IMG/VR virus record: IMGVR_UViG_3300029319_005559
Strand: one strand, 5' to 3'
Source: an uncultured virus (IMG/VR IMGVR_UViG_3300029319_005559)
Lineage: Duplodnaviria > Heunggongvirae > Uroviricota > Caudoviricetes
DNA length: 64,000 nucleotides
In this document: one piece after another, positions 20,929 through 31,382 of the stretch
Numbering within the stretch: the first letter of the stretch is position 1
How the letters are laid out: every line of letters begins with the position of its first letter
Made by a program: the position numbers and the translations under genes
Notes under the pieces: generated by a model
What the model was told of the DNA's origin: nothing
What the model saw: only the letters and a program-made list of their open reading frames with translations
Databases searched by the model: none

Positions 20929-22092
20929 TTAATGTTTAATCCATTTAGATTTACCTCTGAATACTTGTGTAAATTCTCCAGACTTAATATTTTGTAATCT
21001 TATTTTAGCATTTCTTAAAGCAGCTCTTCTATCTTTTTTATATCTTTGAACTATGTACTCTGGGATGTTTCTACGTCCAGCCAATATAGAGTACATGATG
21101 TGAAGATACATTGCTTCCTCGGCCATCTTAGGTACCTTAGTGTCAGCACTAGAGGCTAATCCATCTGAGACATATTCTAATACTATAAGTTTGCTAGCTA
21201 AGCTACTTGAAAAACTAAACTTACCTTCTCTTTCGTTTATAGTAAACCAACCGTTTACCTGTGCAGTTTCTTGATTTTGACCATATAATCTACCATACCA
21301 ATTCATAGTTGGATAGTACTGATACCAATCTTCCCATGGAAAGTTTTGCCAGTTTTCATTAAACTTCCACTTAATATCTTTCCATCTTTCTTCAGTAAGT
21401 GACTGAGCAGCTTCTAAATTAGTTTCATACCAGTTTTGAGTAGGTATACCTTCATCATCTTGTATAGGTAATTCAGTAGGATTAGAAGTTAAAGTTGTAG
21501 GATATATGATGCGTCTAACACCTGAGTCATCAATCCATGATACTCTTACGTAGTTTACGTAATCTTGTGGTATAGGTACAGATAAGCTTGGCGGTATTGT
21601 AAGTTCTTGAGATTTAATACTTTTTAACGTATCATAACTAAATTCTTGTAAACCTCTTTTAGCATGAAATACTACATCTGTTCTTTTAACTTTAGGTATA
21701 AGTTTGTCTTCACCTACGTATGTTATTAAGAAGTTATTTATAATATCGTTTAATGAAACATATTCATAACTACCGTAATTAGACTGTATAGCTGAATTTT
21801 TTAATTGACATAATATCCAACCATCTGTATACGCACTTGTAGTTTTAACTTTAGTACCTTCAGGATTTATAACAGTAACCTCATCTTCTGATATTAAAGT
21901 TGGAGCAGAGCCAGGTATTGGCTTAATTCTGTATAATTCAAAATTAGAAGCTGTCGCAACTTGAACACCTGCAGCATTAAAAGCACTGACAAGTTTAGTA
22001 TTAAAGTTAAGAAAAGTAAACTCATCTGTTGCAACTGCTGGAACAGTTACTAAATGTTGACCTGAATAATATTGAGCGTTAGATTCTGCCAT
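20929..22092 (-). CDS. Tail ring/adaptor protein
   Basis: PQDYVNYVRVSW and VLEYVSDG motifs; synteny after the capsid genes. Confidence 0.55.
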   Translation of the reverse strand: MAESNAQYYSGQHLVTVPAVATDEFTFLNFNTKLVSAFNAAGVQVATASNFELYRIKPIPGSAPTLISEDEVTVINPEGTKVKTTSAYTDGWILCQLKNSAIQSNYGSYEYVSLNDIINNFLITYVGEDKLIPKVKRTDVVFHAKRGLQEFSYDTLKSIKSQELTIPPSLSVPIPQDYVNYVRVSWIDDSGVRRIIYPTTLTSNPTELPIQDDEGIPTQNWYETNLEAAQSLTEERWKDIKWKFNENWQNFPWEDWYQYYPTMNWYGRLYGQNQETAQVNGWFTINEREGKFSFSSSLASKLIVLEYVSDGLASSADTKVPKMAEEAMYLHIMYSILAGRRNIPEYIVQRYKKDRRAALRNAKIRLQNIKSGEFTQVFRGKSKWIKH

Positions 22093-22095
22093 TGG

Positions 22096-22872
22096 TTATG
22101 ATTTTTCGTTTACTTCTTCTTGTTGTATTTTCTGCGATGCAACCTGTACGATTTGTGGATCTCTTATAACTACACCAGCATAAAACAATATGTTAACTAT
22201 AACTTCAGTTCTTTCTGAAAATTCTAATTCAAAATCTACACTACCACTAGTAGGAACTACTGGACCAGTAGTACCAGGTGGAGCATAGTTGTATTGGCCT
22301 AGTGTACCTACTTCATAAGCCCATACAGGGTCTTCAGGTTTTTTTATGTAGTCTATTATTATGGAATTGTTTTTTGTTATAGATGAAGGTAATATTTTTA
22401 ATGAATCACCTTCGTATAAATATTGAGGATAAGTTAGATCGGCAGATATCATATTAGAATTTCTAAGTAAATTAAACTCGTGTCTGTTTACTTTTTCTAC
22501 TTCAACATAACCATCGCCAAAATCATCTATGCTTGGACTTATAGAATTGTCTATATAATAATCTCTAAATGTAACATTGCCTAACTTATACAAATTGCTA
22601 GGCAAATCAAAACCGCTACCATTATAAGACAATGACGCGGTTGTTCTAAAATACTCTAGTTTTTCTTCAGTTGCAAATACACGATCAGCATAATCAACGT
22701 CGCTTTGAGCTATTCTTACTTGCTGGTTAAGATCTTCAAAATATTTTTCAAATATTTCTAGTTGAACTTGAGCAGATATTTTATTAAACTCAAAAGGCGT
22801 CATATACCCTCTTTGTTCTTTGTTCAGTATAGTTAATACCGTTTGATATACATCGTTTACGCTTATCGCCAT
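22096..22872 (-). CDS. Tail ring (tubular A-like) protein
   Basis: LNKEQRGYMTPFEFN, LPSNLYKL and DYIKKP motifs; synteny. Confidence 0.55.
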   Translation of the reverse strand: MAISVNDVYQTVLTILNKEQRGYMTPFEFNKISAQVQLEIFEKYFEDLNQQVRIAQSDVDYADRVFATEEKLEYFRTTASLSYNGSGFDLPSNLYKLGNVTFRDYYIDNSISPSIDDFGDGYVEVEKVNRHEFNLLRNSNMISADLTYPQYLYEGDSLKILPSSITKNNSIIIDYIKKPEDPVWAYEVGTLGQYNYAPPGTTGPVVPTSGSVDFELEFSERTEVIVNILFYAGVVIRDPQIVQVASQKIQQEEVNEKS

Positions 22873-22884
22873 TATAAATATTTT

Positions 22885-22912
22885 AAAAAAGAGGCCGCCA
22901 ATCGCGACCTCT
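22885..22912 (-). terminator. Intrinsic terminator
   Basis: AGAGGTCGC/GCGGCCTCT stem followed by a U-run on the minus strand. Confidence 0.75.
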
Positions 22913-22930
22913 AATGATTATAATCACTTG

Positions 22931-23692
22931 TTATTTCATTTTTTTCTCTAAAGATCTATAAACTTCTAGACCCTCATCAGTTTGAAACCAAGATGCTAAA
23001 GCCGAGTATGGGTTTTCTTCAAAAGGAATTGTCATTATTTTTCTTCCTGTATTACCCCAAGTAAAAGATCTATTATCTTTAGATAATTTTATAAATCTTT
23101 GCTCAACAGCTTTTATTCCAAAGTTTCTAAGTTGTACATTATCATCTCTAACTAATTCTAAGAACAGTTTAGGATTTTTCTTAGATAACAATAGTATATC
23201 TCTTTTAATCTCCTTAGAACTCATGTCAGATACCTTAGAACCTATTTCTACTCTTAATATACCTTCTGCATGTTCTACGTCTAAATCTCTAGCCATCATC
23301 ATTGCATCAACTTGAGCTTCTAAAAAGTCAACTTCATTTGAAGCTTGTACCTGTGGCTTTAATTCACTATAAGTAGTATCTCTTTTTGGATGATATAATG
23401 ATAAAAGTTTTTGTAAGTTTTGTTGCTCTTTAGGTACAATTAATACTCCACTTTTAAAAACTATATGGCCTAATGTTGCTTCACCTTTTTGTTCATCTTT
23501 AAATGGTGAAGGCATGTTAGTAGCATATCTTAATTCTCTTTGCATACCTTTTTCTTCATCAAAATAAAGTAAAGGGTTTCTTGCAGAATGCTTTGATTGT
23601 AACCTTAATGTTAAAGGTTTTTTATTTAAAAGTCTATAAACTCTATCTTTTATTTCCCACTTTGTTTCAGTAGGAAGTTCTGTTGTTTCCAT
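22931..23692 (-). CDS. Capsid-module protein downstream of the major capsid gene
   Basis: Start reassigned to METTELP (23692), because the upstream ORF-track extension crosses a terminator. Confidence 0.6.
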   Translation of the reverse strand: METTELPTETKWEIKDRVYRLLNKKPLTLRLQSKHSARNPLLYFDEEKGMQRELRYATNMPSPFKDEQKGEATLGHIVFKSGVLIVPKEQQNLQKLLSLYHPKRDTTYSELKPQVQASNEVDFLEAQVDAMMMARDLDVEHAEGILRVEIGSKVSDMSSKEIKRDILLLSKKNPKLFLELVRDDNVQLRNFGIKAVEQRFIKLSKDNRSFTWGNTGRKIMTIPFEENPYSALASWFQTDEGLEVYRSLEKKMK

Positions 23693-23715
23693 AATATAAT
23701 ATAATAATAATAAAT

Positions 23716-23744
23716 AAAAAGCTAGAGCACCGAAGTGCCCTAGC
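23716..23744 (-). terminator. Terminator after the major capsid gene
   Basis: GCTAGGGCAC-TTCG-GTGCTCTAGC (cUUCGg tetraloop) plus U5. Confidence 0.85.
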
Positions 23745-23755
23745 AATTATAATGT

Positions 23756-25312
23756 TTAGCTGTTTGTAAACAACATGAAGTTGTTAGCAGCTTGAGTTAC
23801 TAAACATCTTTCAGATAAGAAGTGAACTCTCATTGCGTCAACGCCACTAGTATAAGCACCGCCAACAGAACCAGTTACCCAGTTTTTGTATCGTCTGTCA
23901 TCTGCTTCAGAAGCTCTATATCTTACGTGTAAGAAAGGACGTCTGATGTTAGATCCTAACATTTGATCATAAACTGTAGATGTACCAGCTGGTATTAAAA
24001 CACCTTCGATATCTGTAGCTAAACCTCTAGTAGAAGCATCGTTAAGATATTTCCAATCAGTTTTGTAGAAGTCATAAGAACCTCTTCTAAAACCGTTGAA
24101 CCCGAAGTTTAATGCCATGCTTGAATCATTATCAAATAATCCATAAGAAGCACCATCATTACTGTTCTGAGCTGAACCGTTAACGTTTGCCATCATATTA
24201 TCAATAGCTAAAGCTAAAGATCTATTACAGAAAATCATGTTTTCTTCAATAGCACCTTCAAAATCTAGCTGAGCTAATATTTCGTCAAACTCTGTTAAAG
24301 CAGCATTACCACCACCAGTTCCAGCAAAGTCTTGATACTCATGACCTCTTTCTTTGATAGCAGCAAATAAACCTTGCGTACCTTTTCTACCACCATAAGA
24401 TGATACAGTAGCTGGATCTGACCAAAGTGATCTTCCTTCTACAGCAGAACCTGAAGTAGCAAGCTCACCTTCAACCATTGACATTTCTAAGTAATCATCA
24501 AATCTTAATCTTGTTTCAGACTCAGACTTTAAATACCATAAGTATCCTGATGTTCCATCTTCAGTAATAACTTCAACCCAACCAATTTGAGCAGTGTCAG
24601 AACCGTTGATTTCAAATACATCTCTAATGATAATTGGAGAGTTAGCATACTGAGTAAACTCTGGCTCAATAGAAGAAAGACCTGAATCATCAGAACCTTT
24701 TTGCCATTCAGCACCATATACGAATATAGAAACACCAGAGTTAGCAGCTGCAGTAGAACCAGTACCTGTGAAAATACCACCACTAGCAGTTGTTAAACCA
24801 GCAGCTGTATAAGGAGCTACAGTAATTTCAGCAAATCGACCAGCACCAGCTGAACCACCACCATAAGCAGCACCAACAGCAGTTACTAATACTTTCATAG
24901 TCTGACCAGCACCAGCAGCAGATGTTCCAAAAACTACTAATGTTTGGTTTACTTTAATAGCACACTCTTTAGTAGCAGGTACAACACCACCATTAGTTGA
25001 TGTGTCAGGATCGATTTGAACAATAATAGTATCGTCATCTAATACCTCACAAATTTCATAAGAAACATGTAATCTGTTTTGCTCAGACCAAATAACTTGG
25101 TCAGAAGTCATAGGCATTTCAGCTCCAACCATTCTCAAGAAACCAGATAAAGTTCTGTTTCCGTATCTTTCTACCTCTTGCTCATAAAGCTCAGGTAGAT
25201 ATTGTTGAGCAAAATCATTTTCACCTTGATTAAATGATAAATAATTTTGCGCCAACGCCATTTTGTTTTGTGCGGGTTCCAAATTTGGACCCAGCGCAGG
25301 ACTTAAAGCCAT
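23756..25312 (-). CDS. Major capsid protein
   Basis: Follows portal and scaffold and is followed by a strong terminator; 518 aa; YGNRTLSGFL, SDQVIWSEQ, GTQGLFAAI and HFLSERCL motifs. Confidence 0.8.
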   Translation of the reverse strand: MALSPALGPNLEPAQNKMALAQNYLSFNQGENDFAQQYLPELYEQEVERYGNRTLSGFLRMVGAEMPMTSDQVIWSEQNRLHVSYEICEVLDDDTIIVQIDPDTSTNGGVVPATKECAIKVNQTLVVFGTSAAGAGQTMKVLVTAVGAAYGGGSAGAGRFAEITVAPYTAAGLTTASGGIFTGTGSTAAANSGVSIFVYGAEWQKGSDDSGLSSIEPEFTQYANSPIIIRDVFEINGSDTAQIGWVEVITEDGTSGYLWYLKSESETRLRFDDYLEMSMVEGELATSGSAVEGRSLWSDPATVSSYGGRKGTQGLFAAIKERGHEYQDFAGTGGGNAALTEFDEILAQLDFEGAIEENMIFCNRSLALAIDNMMANVNGSAQNSNDGASYGLFDNDSSMALNFGFNGFRRGSYDFYKTDWKYLNDASTRGLATDIEGVLIPAGTSTVYDQMLGSNIRRPFLHVRYRASEADDRRYKNWVTGSVGGAYTSGVDAMRVHFLSERCLVTQAANNFMLFTNS

Positions 25313-25329
25313 AATTTCTAAATTTTAAT

Positions 25330-26463
25330 TTATGTTCGTTTTTTAAATTTTAATTTTGAACCATCAGCTCCAGATATAGCCTTTACTTTTAACCCGTTAA
25401 TAAACACATCGCCGTTAGACGTAGCTCTCGGCTTGTTGTCTAAATTATTCGACTTAGCAATTATATCTTTAGTCGCGTCTGCTTTACCTTGCTCATAGAA
25501 ATGATTAGCAATCTTATCCATGTTATTAGCAGAGTAAATAGCTTTGTGATAACCTTCCACATCTTTTACAGAACCATCTTTGTTTAGAAACTTTCCTACA
25601 AAATTATTCATGTTTGATTGTGAACTAGCTAAGTTTTCTGGGTTAGAAACGTTATACCTAAATCTTTTTTCTCCTAAATTAAATTCAAAACCTTTGAACT
25701 TTTCACCGAAAAAGTCTTTAGTCTTAGCTTTAAAAAAGCTATGTTGCTCTTCTGCTTTTTGCTGGTTCTCCTTGTATGTATTGAAAAAGTTCATTGCTTC
25801 TTTCTGTTCTTGAGTAACGCCCGGTCTCAACTTGATCTCGTCGTAATATTTACTCTTTAAACCTTCTAAGAAGTTACGAGCTTTAGCAATTTCTTCTTTA
25901 GCTGCAAGTTTCTTTTTCTTAATGTCTCTTTCTTCATCGACTTCTTCGTCAAAAGAAAATTGATCTTGCATCAAAAATATTATTTCCTCATCGTTTAAAT
26001 GAGGTTTAGTTTGTTTATAATATGTTTTAAGTAATGTGTCATGATCGACATTACTATAATCAGCATTGATTCTTACGTAATCCTCCACTGTTCCACCAGT
26101 TTCTTCCATGAAGCTAACTAGCTTCTCTATGTTTTCTGGTAGTGGCTTTTGTTCTACTACTGGTTCTGGTGTTTTTACTTCTTCTTTAATTTCTTCTTTT
26201 ACTTCTTCAGTAATCTCTGAAATTACTTCTTCAACTTTTTCTTCGTGTGTTTCTCCCACTTCTTGCAATTCCACTTTGGTTTCTGTCCCTTCTTCCTTGC
26301 TTCCTTCTCCATCTTGTAACACAACCTTCGTTGTCTCTGATTCTTGAACGGCATCTTCTTTAGGTTTACTTAAATCAACTTTTGTGTTTTCTGTTTTTTC
26401 AGACGTTAGTTTTTTAGGCCGTTTAATTTTAAACTCACCTTCCGTCTTTACTTCTTCTGACAT
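25330..26463 (-). CDS. Capsid scaffolding/assembly protein
   Basis: Acidic low-complexity N-terminus and helical core; lies between portal and major capsid genes. Confidence 0.65.
   Translation of the reverse strand: MSEEVKTEGEFKIKRPKKLTSEKTENTKVDLSKPKEDAVQESETTKVVLQDGEGSKEEGTETKVELQEVGETHEEKVEEVISEITEEVKEEIKEEVKTPEPVVEQKPLPENIEKLVSFMEETGGTVEDYVRINADYSNVDHDTLLKTYYKQTKPHLNDEEIIFLMQDQFSFDEEVDEERDIKKKKLAAKEEIAKARNFLEGLKSKYYDEIKLRPGVTQEQKEAMNFFNTYKENQQKAEEQHSFFKAKTKDFFGEKFKGFEFNLGEKRFRYNVSNPENLASSQSNMNNFVGKFLNKDGSVKDVEGYHKAIYSANNMDKIANHFYEQGKADATKDIIAKSNNLDNKPRATSNGDVFINGLKVKAISGADGSKLKFKKRT
26223..26354 (-). CDS. Nested alternative-frame small basic protein (43 aa)
   Basis: MPFKNQRQRRLCYKMEKEARKKGQKPKWNCKKWEKHTKKKLKK in a different frame within the scaffold gene. 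Confidence 0.5.
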   Translation of the reverse strand: MPFKNQRQRRLCYKMEKEARKKGQKPKWNCKKWEKHTKKKLKK

Positions 26464-26493
26464 AATATAATAATATATAATTAATAAAAATTA

Positions 26494-28881
26494 CTATAGG
26501 CTTTGTTGTTCTAGACCATTAAATGGATTCATAAAATCAATAGCCCCACCATTTGTTTGTCTCTGACTAATCATTTGGCTTTGTTGTGAACCTTCTAATT
26601 TGGTTCTTTGATCTTTTCTATCTTCGATCATATTTTCTTTTTGCTGCTTAGCTTGTACTTCCATTTGCTTTAACTGCATGTCATATTGATATCTCATTTG
26701 TAATAATTGCTTATCAATTTCACCTTGTTGTTGTATTCTGCTAAGTTCTAATTGGGATTTAGCTTGTTCAACTTGTACAGTAGTTTCTGCTAACGCTTGT
26801 TGTTTTTGCATTTCAGCTTGTATAGCTTCTTGAGCTTGCTTGCTGTTGGCTTGAGCTTGAGCTTGTATCATTTGCTGTTGTTGCTCTTGCTTTTGCTTTT
26901 CTCTTTTAGCTTGCCTTTGTTTTAGCATTTGATTAGCAAGCTTTAAATTGTTTATATTTCTTAAATCAATAGCATCGGATAAAGTTATACTTTGAGTTTT
27001 TAAAGCTATTTGAATATTTTGTTCAAGCATCTGCTTTTCTTCCTCATCAGGTTCTAGTTCTAAAAATATTCCAAACTCATGTATGCTAAAGTCAACTAAT
27101 TCTTCTAATGTACCAACATTAAATCTTGATATACTATTTTCTAATGTTTGACGTGTTAAAGGAAACATTAGTGAATCATTAACTCTTAGACTTATGTTCT
27201 CACAAGCTCTAATTGTTAAGTACATCATTGCTTGTAATAAGTGTCTAGTTGCTACATTTGAATTAGCTGCAGCTAATTTTTGTAAGCCTACAAGAGCATG
27301 CCTGTCAGGATTACTTCCATCTCTAGCTTCATTTAATCCGGTTACATCTCTTATCATTTGTAAGTAATACTGATAAGTTTGTATTAGTGAAGCTATCTTA
27401 GCTTGACTTGCCGAAGTTTGTAATTCTTGTATAGGTATTTTACCTCTATTAGGATCACCATCTTGTGTTAAAGATCTACCTACAATACTACCAGTTTGGA
27501 AGTACATATTTAAAGCTTCAGCTGGATTATAGTTTGTACCGTTTCCAAGATCAACCTCTGCCAAACCGTCCATATCTAAAAATACACCATCAGGTACCAT
27601 ACGTGACATAACTTGTTGTAACTTCAAGTGTGTTAATTGTATCATATCTGCAAATCCAGTTATTCTACTAACTAAACTTTCTATTCTACCTTTATAAATG
27701 CTTGGCGCGCATATCGTGTAATTAAGATTTACTTTATTAGTATTAGCATATGGTCTAGTTATATTCTCTGCCATTTCCCACTTAAGCATCATAGGATGTC
27801 CTAATATTTTAGCACCGCTATATAAAGTTTCTATTGATCTAGATACTCTTTCAAAATTATCATTTGGATCTGGGTTAAAAGTATCAGGCTTTTCTAATGC
27901 TTTTTCTAAACCTGTAAATGTTTGTTTTATTTTCCAAACTTGATCACTATAAGTTTTGTATTCAAAATACAACACTTGTATAGTGTTTTCATCTTTTCTA
28001 CCATTCCAGTTTCTAGTATAATCTTGATTTCCAGGATATTTTTGTATCTCTTCTAATTGAGAGTCTGTTAAATCAGGAAATTGTTTTTTAAGATCTGCTA
28101 AGTTAATACCTTTAACTTCACCAACATACCATATGTCTTCAAAGTTTGGATCCTCAGTGTATGAATATACTAAGTTAGCAGGGTCTACATATTCAACTCT
28201 TATTCCTTCAGCTTTGTTCCAATTAGTTTTTACTGCACCAATACCTAATACCATTAAATCTTCAGCAACTCTTTTTCTAGTCTGCTCGTACTTATTTCTT
28301 TCTAATACATCTTTAATTAACTCCTCTTCAGCTATTTCTATAGATTGTTTATAATCTAATTGCAAATGCAATTTAGCTTCTTCTTCTGTTTCTAATCCAT
28401 ATTCTTTAACAGGATCTGATATTATACTAACACCTAGCTCTGCTTCTAGCTCTTTTGCTAATTCTAGATCTCTCACGTCTCTTAATAAATCAGCAGCGTA
28501 TTTAGTTCTTTGTTTTATAGAAAAAGGATCTGTAGCAAAAGCTTTTATTTGAAAATTTCTTTGAGACATACCATTTACTACAATATCTACAAACTTAGGT
28601 ATAACAGGAACTGGTTTCCAGTCTAAGTTAAGATAAGATAAATCACCGTTAATAGCTAATTCATCTTTGTATTTTTGTACTGATTGTTCACCTCTAGCAT
28701 ATAATCTTAATCTATGGTAATCCCAATAATTTTGATTAAATCTATCTCTATTTCTACCTGCCCAAAACCATTCTCCTTCAATTGCTCTACCAACTTTTAA
28801 ACCATATTCTTCACTAGCTTTTACTACGTCTGGTACTACCTGATCTGGAAATGAACTATTTGTATTAGTGTAAACTTGCAT
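26494..28881 (-). CDS. Portal protein
   Basis: Directly after the terminase; 795 aa; PVIPKFVDIVVNG and IRDVTGLNEARDG motifs; Q-rich coiled-coil barrel at the C-terminus. Confidence 0.85.
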   Translation of the reverse strand: MQVYTNTNSSFPDQVVPDVVKASEEYGLKVGRAIEGEWFWAGRNRDRFNQNYWDYHRLRLYARGEQSVQKYKDELAINGDLSYLNLDWKPVPVIPKFVDIVVNGMSQRNFQIKAFATDPFSIKQRTKYAADLLRDVRDLELAKELEAELGVSIISDPVKEYGLETEEEAKLHLQLDYKQSIEIAEEELIKDVLERNKYEQTRKRVAEDLMVLGIGAVKTNWNKAEGIRVEYVDPANLVYSYTEDPNFEDIWYVGEVKGINLADLKKQFPDLTDSQLEEIQKYPGNQDYTRNWNGRKDENTIQVLYFEYKTYSDQVWKIKQTFTGLEKALEKPDTFNPDPNDNFERVSRSIETLYSGAKILGHPMMLKWEMAENITRPYANTNKVNLNYTICAPSIYKGRIESLVSRITGFADMIQLTHLKLQQVMSRMVPDGVFLDMDGLAEVDLGNGTNYNPAEALNMYFQTGSIVGRSLTQDGDPNRGKIPIQELQTSASQAKIASLIQTYQYYLQMIRDVTGLNEARDGSNPDRHALVGLQKLAAANSNVATRHLLQAMMYLTIRACENISLRVNDSLMFPLTRQTLENSISRFNVGTLEELVDFSIHEFGIFLELEPDEEEKQMLEQNIQIALKTQSITLSDAIDLRNINNLKLANQMLKQRQAKREKQKQEQQQQMIQAQAQANSKQAQEAIQAEMQKQQALAETTVQVEQAKSQLELSRIQQQGEIDKQLLQMRYQYDMQLKQMEVQAKQQKENMIEDRKDQRTKLEGSQQSQMISQRQTNGGAIDFMNPFNGLEQQSL

Positions 28882-31107
28882 TTATTTTATTATTTTTGAA
28901 ATTACTCCAGTATTGTCATATCTTTTAAAACCTAAATCTATAGAGATCTTTTGTCTATCAGGTATGGGTTTATACTTATTTTTGTTACAAGCCATTATGG
29001 CTAAACCAGAACTAATGGTAGCATCATGCTTTGTTCTGTTATTTATATTGAATCTGCCCCAGTCTTCTAATGTACTTTGTAAATACATATCGCCATAACT
29101 TCCTCCTAAATCTCCTACATATTCTTCTATGTAAGCCTCAATTGCAGCCGCATGAGCTTGTTTAATGTCTTCACTTGTGTTTGGTATACCACCTATTTCT
29201 TTTTCTGTTGTAGAAAGTTTGTTCCATATTTTATCTGGACGATTCATAGAATAACCTCTATATCCTCTACGTTTTAAATAGTATAATAACCTTGGTTTAT
29301 TATTTTCAGCTAGTATTGGCATACCATAAAATACTAAAGCTTTTAAAACATCTTCAAAGAATATCTCAGCTGTCTGAGGTCTAGCTATGTATTCTAAAAA
29401 GAAATGATTAGGAGGCGCATCTTCCATGCTAAACTTAGTTAATCCGTGTAGCGATCCTTTAGAACCTTTACCATCCACAGTACCACTAATGTCGTAGCTA
29501 TCACATCCAAATGCTCCAATATGTTCGTTTGCTGGATACTTAACTCCATTTTTTACTATTACTCGATTTTGTATATTTTTAGGTGGAACCCAAGTAATTA
29601 AAAATCTGCCATCTTTATTAGGCATAAATATTACTTCTGTATCTTGTACTCCATTAACCCACATAAAAGAACCTCGTGTTACATTAAAACTATTTGCTAG
29701 TTCTTCGTTGTAATCTATTTGTTGATATATTTTAGTTAAATTAAATAAACTATTTTTAGCTTCATCTCTAAATGCATGAGCTTCAGTTCTTGGAAACTGA
29801 CGATAGTATTCATTTAAACTGTCAGTATCGTTTCTTAATCCTTCAACTTCGTTTTCCCAGTGTTCAATGACTCCTGAGTCAATTGGGATATTGTCGATAG
29901 AGAGGACTGGATTTTCTGGTGTTGTAAATACAGGAAGTCCAAAAGAATCCATGAATCCTTCGTAGTTCCACTCCATAGGTATGAATAAGCTATAGAGTCC
30001 AGAAGCTGTTTGTCCGTTTCTATTTCGTTTCGTAACGTCTGAATTGTAGTAGAGTTTTTTGAAGTTGTCGCCACCTTTATCTAAAGCATTTGATGTTGAG
30101 CCCATCATACATTTACCTACGATCCTACGTCCTAGTCTTAATGTAGTTTTTGTAACTCTCCAGTTATTTAATATATTATCAGGTCGTTCCCATTTACCAC
30201 TTTCATCATGCGCTAGTAGTTTTAGCTTTTCACCATCATAAGAGTTATCACCTGTGTTTTTCCAGTCTATCGTGGTATCCAACCCTTGTAACTCACGTAC
30301 TTGTTCATTTGTTTCAAGTTTCCTTCTTGTAAGCTTAGACGCTGGTACTCTATAGGCGAGTTCGGTTTTAGGACGATCCATTCCGTCTTGTATTGGTTTG
30401 AAGAAGAACGGATAATTAACACTAATGGGTACGACTTTGTCTGTGAACATTTTCTTAGCGTCTGCACCAGTTTTAGATAAGATCCCAAATCTCGAGTCGG
30501 AACTAATCGTGGCCAAGTTGACAAGTTCTGCAGATGCCATGAACGAAAAACCACTCCTTCTATTTTTAAGATAACACATACCGTAACACCTGTTATCTGC
30601 TTTACATGCTTCCCAGAAGATGAAAAATAATCTGTTTGCTTCTCTATATTCTGGTGCTCCAACATCGATCTTGGACCACTGCAAGTACATGTAATGAGTA
30701 CCAGTAATATATATAGGGTTGCCATTATTGTAGAAATGAAAACCTTCTTCTCGACGTTTAAACTCTTCATCTATGTAATCGTACCACTTTTCTTTAAAAT
30801 CAATTGGATATTCTTCCCAATCAAATCTAGTTTTTATTCTTTGTAATTCTTTTGGGTACTCAAATCTTTCCCAATATTGTTGCGCTTTATCTTCGCTTCG
30901 TTTATACGGTTCATCTGCTGCTGGTAAAGCAATGCGTAAGTTTTGTATTTCAATGATCGATCCAATCTTACCTGTTTTACCTATATAAATAAAATCATAT
31001 TCAGCGTTATAACCATACTCCCATTTCTTATACCTATTATTTTTTTTAAGTATTTTAGGATTTATAACGTCTGTAACTTCTTGACATAGTGTTTGTTTAT
31101 AACTCAC
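28882..31107 (-). CDS. terL: Terminase large subunit
   Basis: LKNRRSGFS (Walker A), LAHDESGK (Walker B), GSTSN coupling motif, FGCDSYD and HDATISSG nuclease motifs. Confidence 0.9.
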   Translation of the reverse strand: MSYKQTLCQEVTDVINPKILKKNNRYKKWEYGYNAEYDFIYIGKTGKIGSIIEIQNLRIALPAADEPYKRSEDKAQQYWERFEYPKELQRIKTRFDWEEYPIDFKEKWYDYIDEEFKRREEGFHFYNNGNPIYITGTHYMYLQWSKIDVGAPEYREANRLFFIFWEACKADNRCYGMCYLKNRRSGFSFMASAELVNLATISSDSRFGILSKTGADAKKMFTDKVVPISVNYPFFFKPIQDGMDRPKTELAYRVPASKLTRRKLETNEQVRELQGLDTTIDWKNTGDNSYDGEKLKLLAHDESGKWERPDNILNNWRVTKTTLRLGRRIVGKCMMGSTSNALDKGGDNFKKLYYNSDVTKRNRNGQTASGLYSLFIPMEWNYEGFMDSFGLPVFTTPENPVLSIDNIPIDSGVIEHWENEVEGLRNDTDSLNEYYRQFPRTEAHAFRDEAKNSLFNLTKIYQQIDYNEELANSFNVTRGSFMWVNGVQDTEVIFMPNKDGRFLITWVPPKNIQNRVIVKNGVKYPANEHIGAFGCDSYDISGTVDGKGSKGSLHGLTKFSMEDAPPNHFFLEYIARPQTAEIFFEDVLKALVFYGMPILAENNKPRLLYYLKRRGYRGYSMNRPDKIWNKLSTTEKEIGGIPNTSEDIKQAHAAAIEAYIEEYVGDLGGSYGDMYLQSTLEDWGRFNINNRTKHDATISSGLAIMACNKNKYKPIPDRQKISIDLGFKRYDNTGVISKIIK

Positions 31108-31382
31108 TTGCTCCTCCCTTCAGCAAAACCTCTAAAACTTCTTTCTTCTTTTTTTTCCTCTGTCTTGCCTAATAATATATTTTCTTCTTCTTCAATACGT
31201 TGCAATATTTCAAAAGCATCCATAATACAAAGCTTTTTAGTTGCTGCTGCATTCTTAAGTCTATCAGCTGATACATCATCTTCAGTGTGTGTAATTATTT
31301 TCTCTTCAGCTACTTTAATTAACTCTTTAACTGCTTTACGCCCAGCTTGGATTATATTCTTTCTCGTTTCTTTGCTGTCCAT
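31104..31382 (-). CDS. Putative terminase small subunit
   Basis: Small helical protein immediately upstream of and overlapping terL. Confidence 0.5.
   Translation of the reverse strand: MDSKETRKNIIQAGRKAVKELIKVAEEKIITHTEDDVSADRLKNAAATKKLCIMDAFEILQRIEEEENILLGKTEEKKEERSFRGFAEGRSK

Noticed and set aside
22922..22947. Further copy of the GTARA-N15-GTRATA promoter
   Set aside because: Both boxes mismatch and it lies upstream of a terminator hairpin
25271..25298. Hairpin just inside the major capsid gene start
   Set aside because: Single bulged stem with no independent support
29835..30770. Alternative-frame ORFs (79 and 167 aa) in a somewhat GC-richer part of terL
   Set aside because: No recognisable motif or start context, and terL is uninterrupted (no intron or intein evident)
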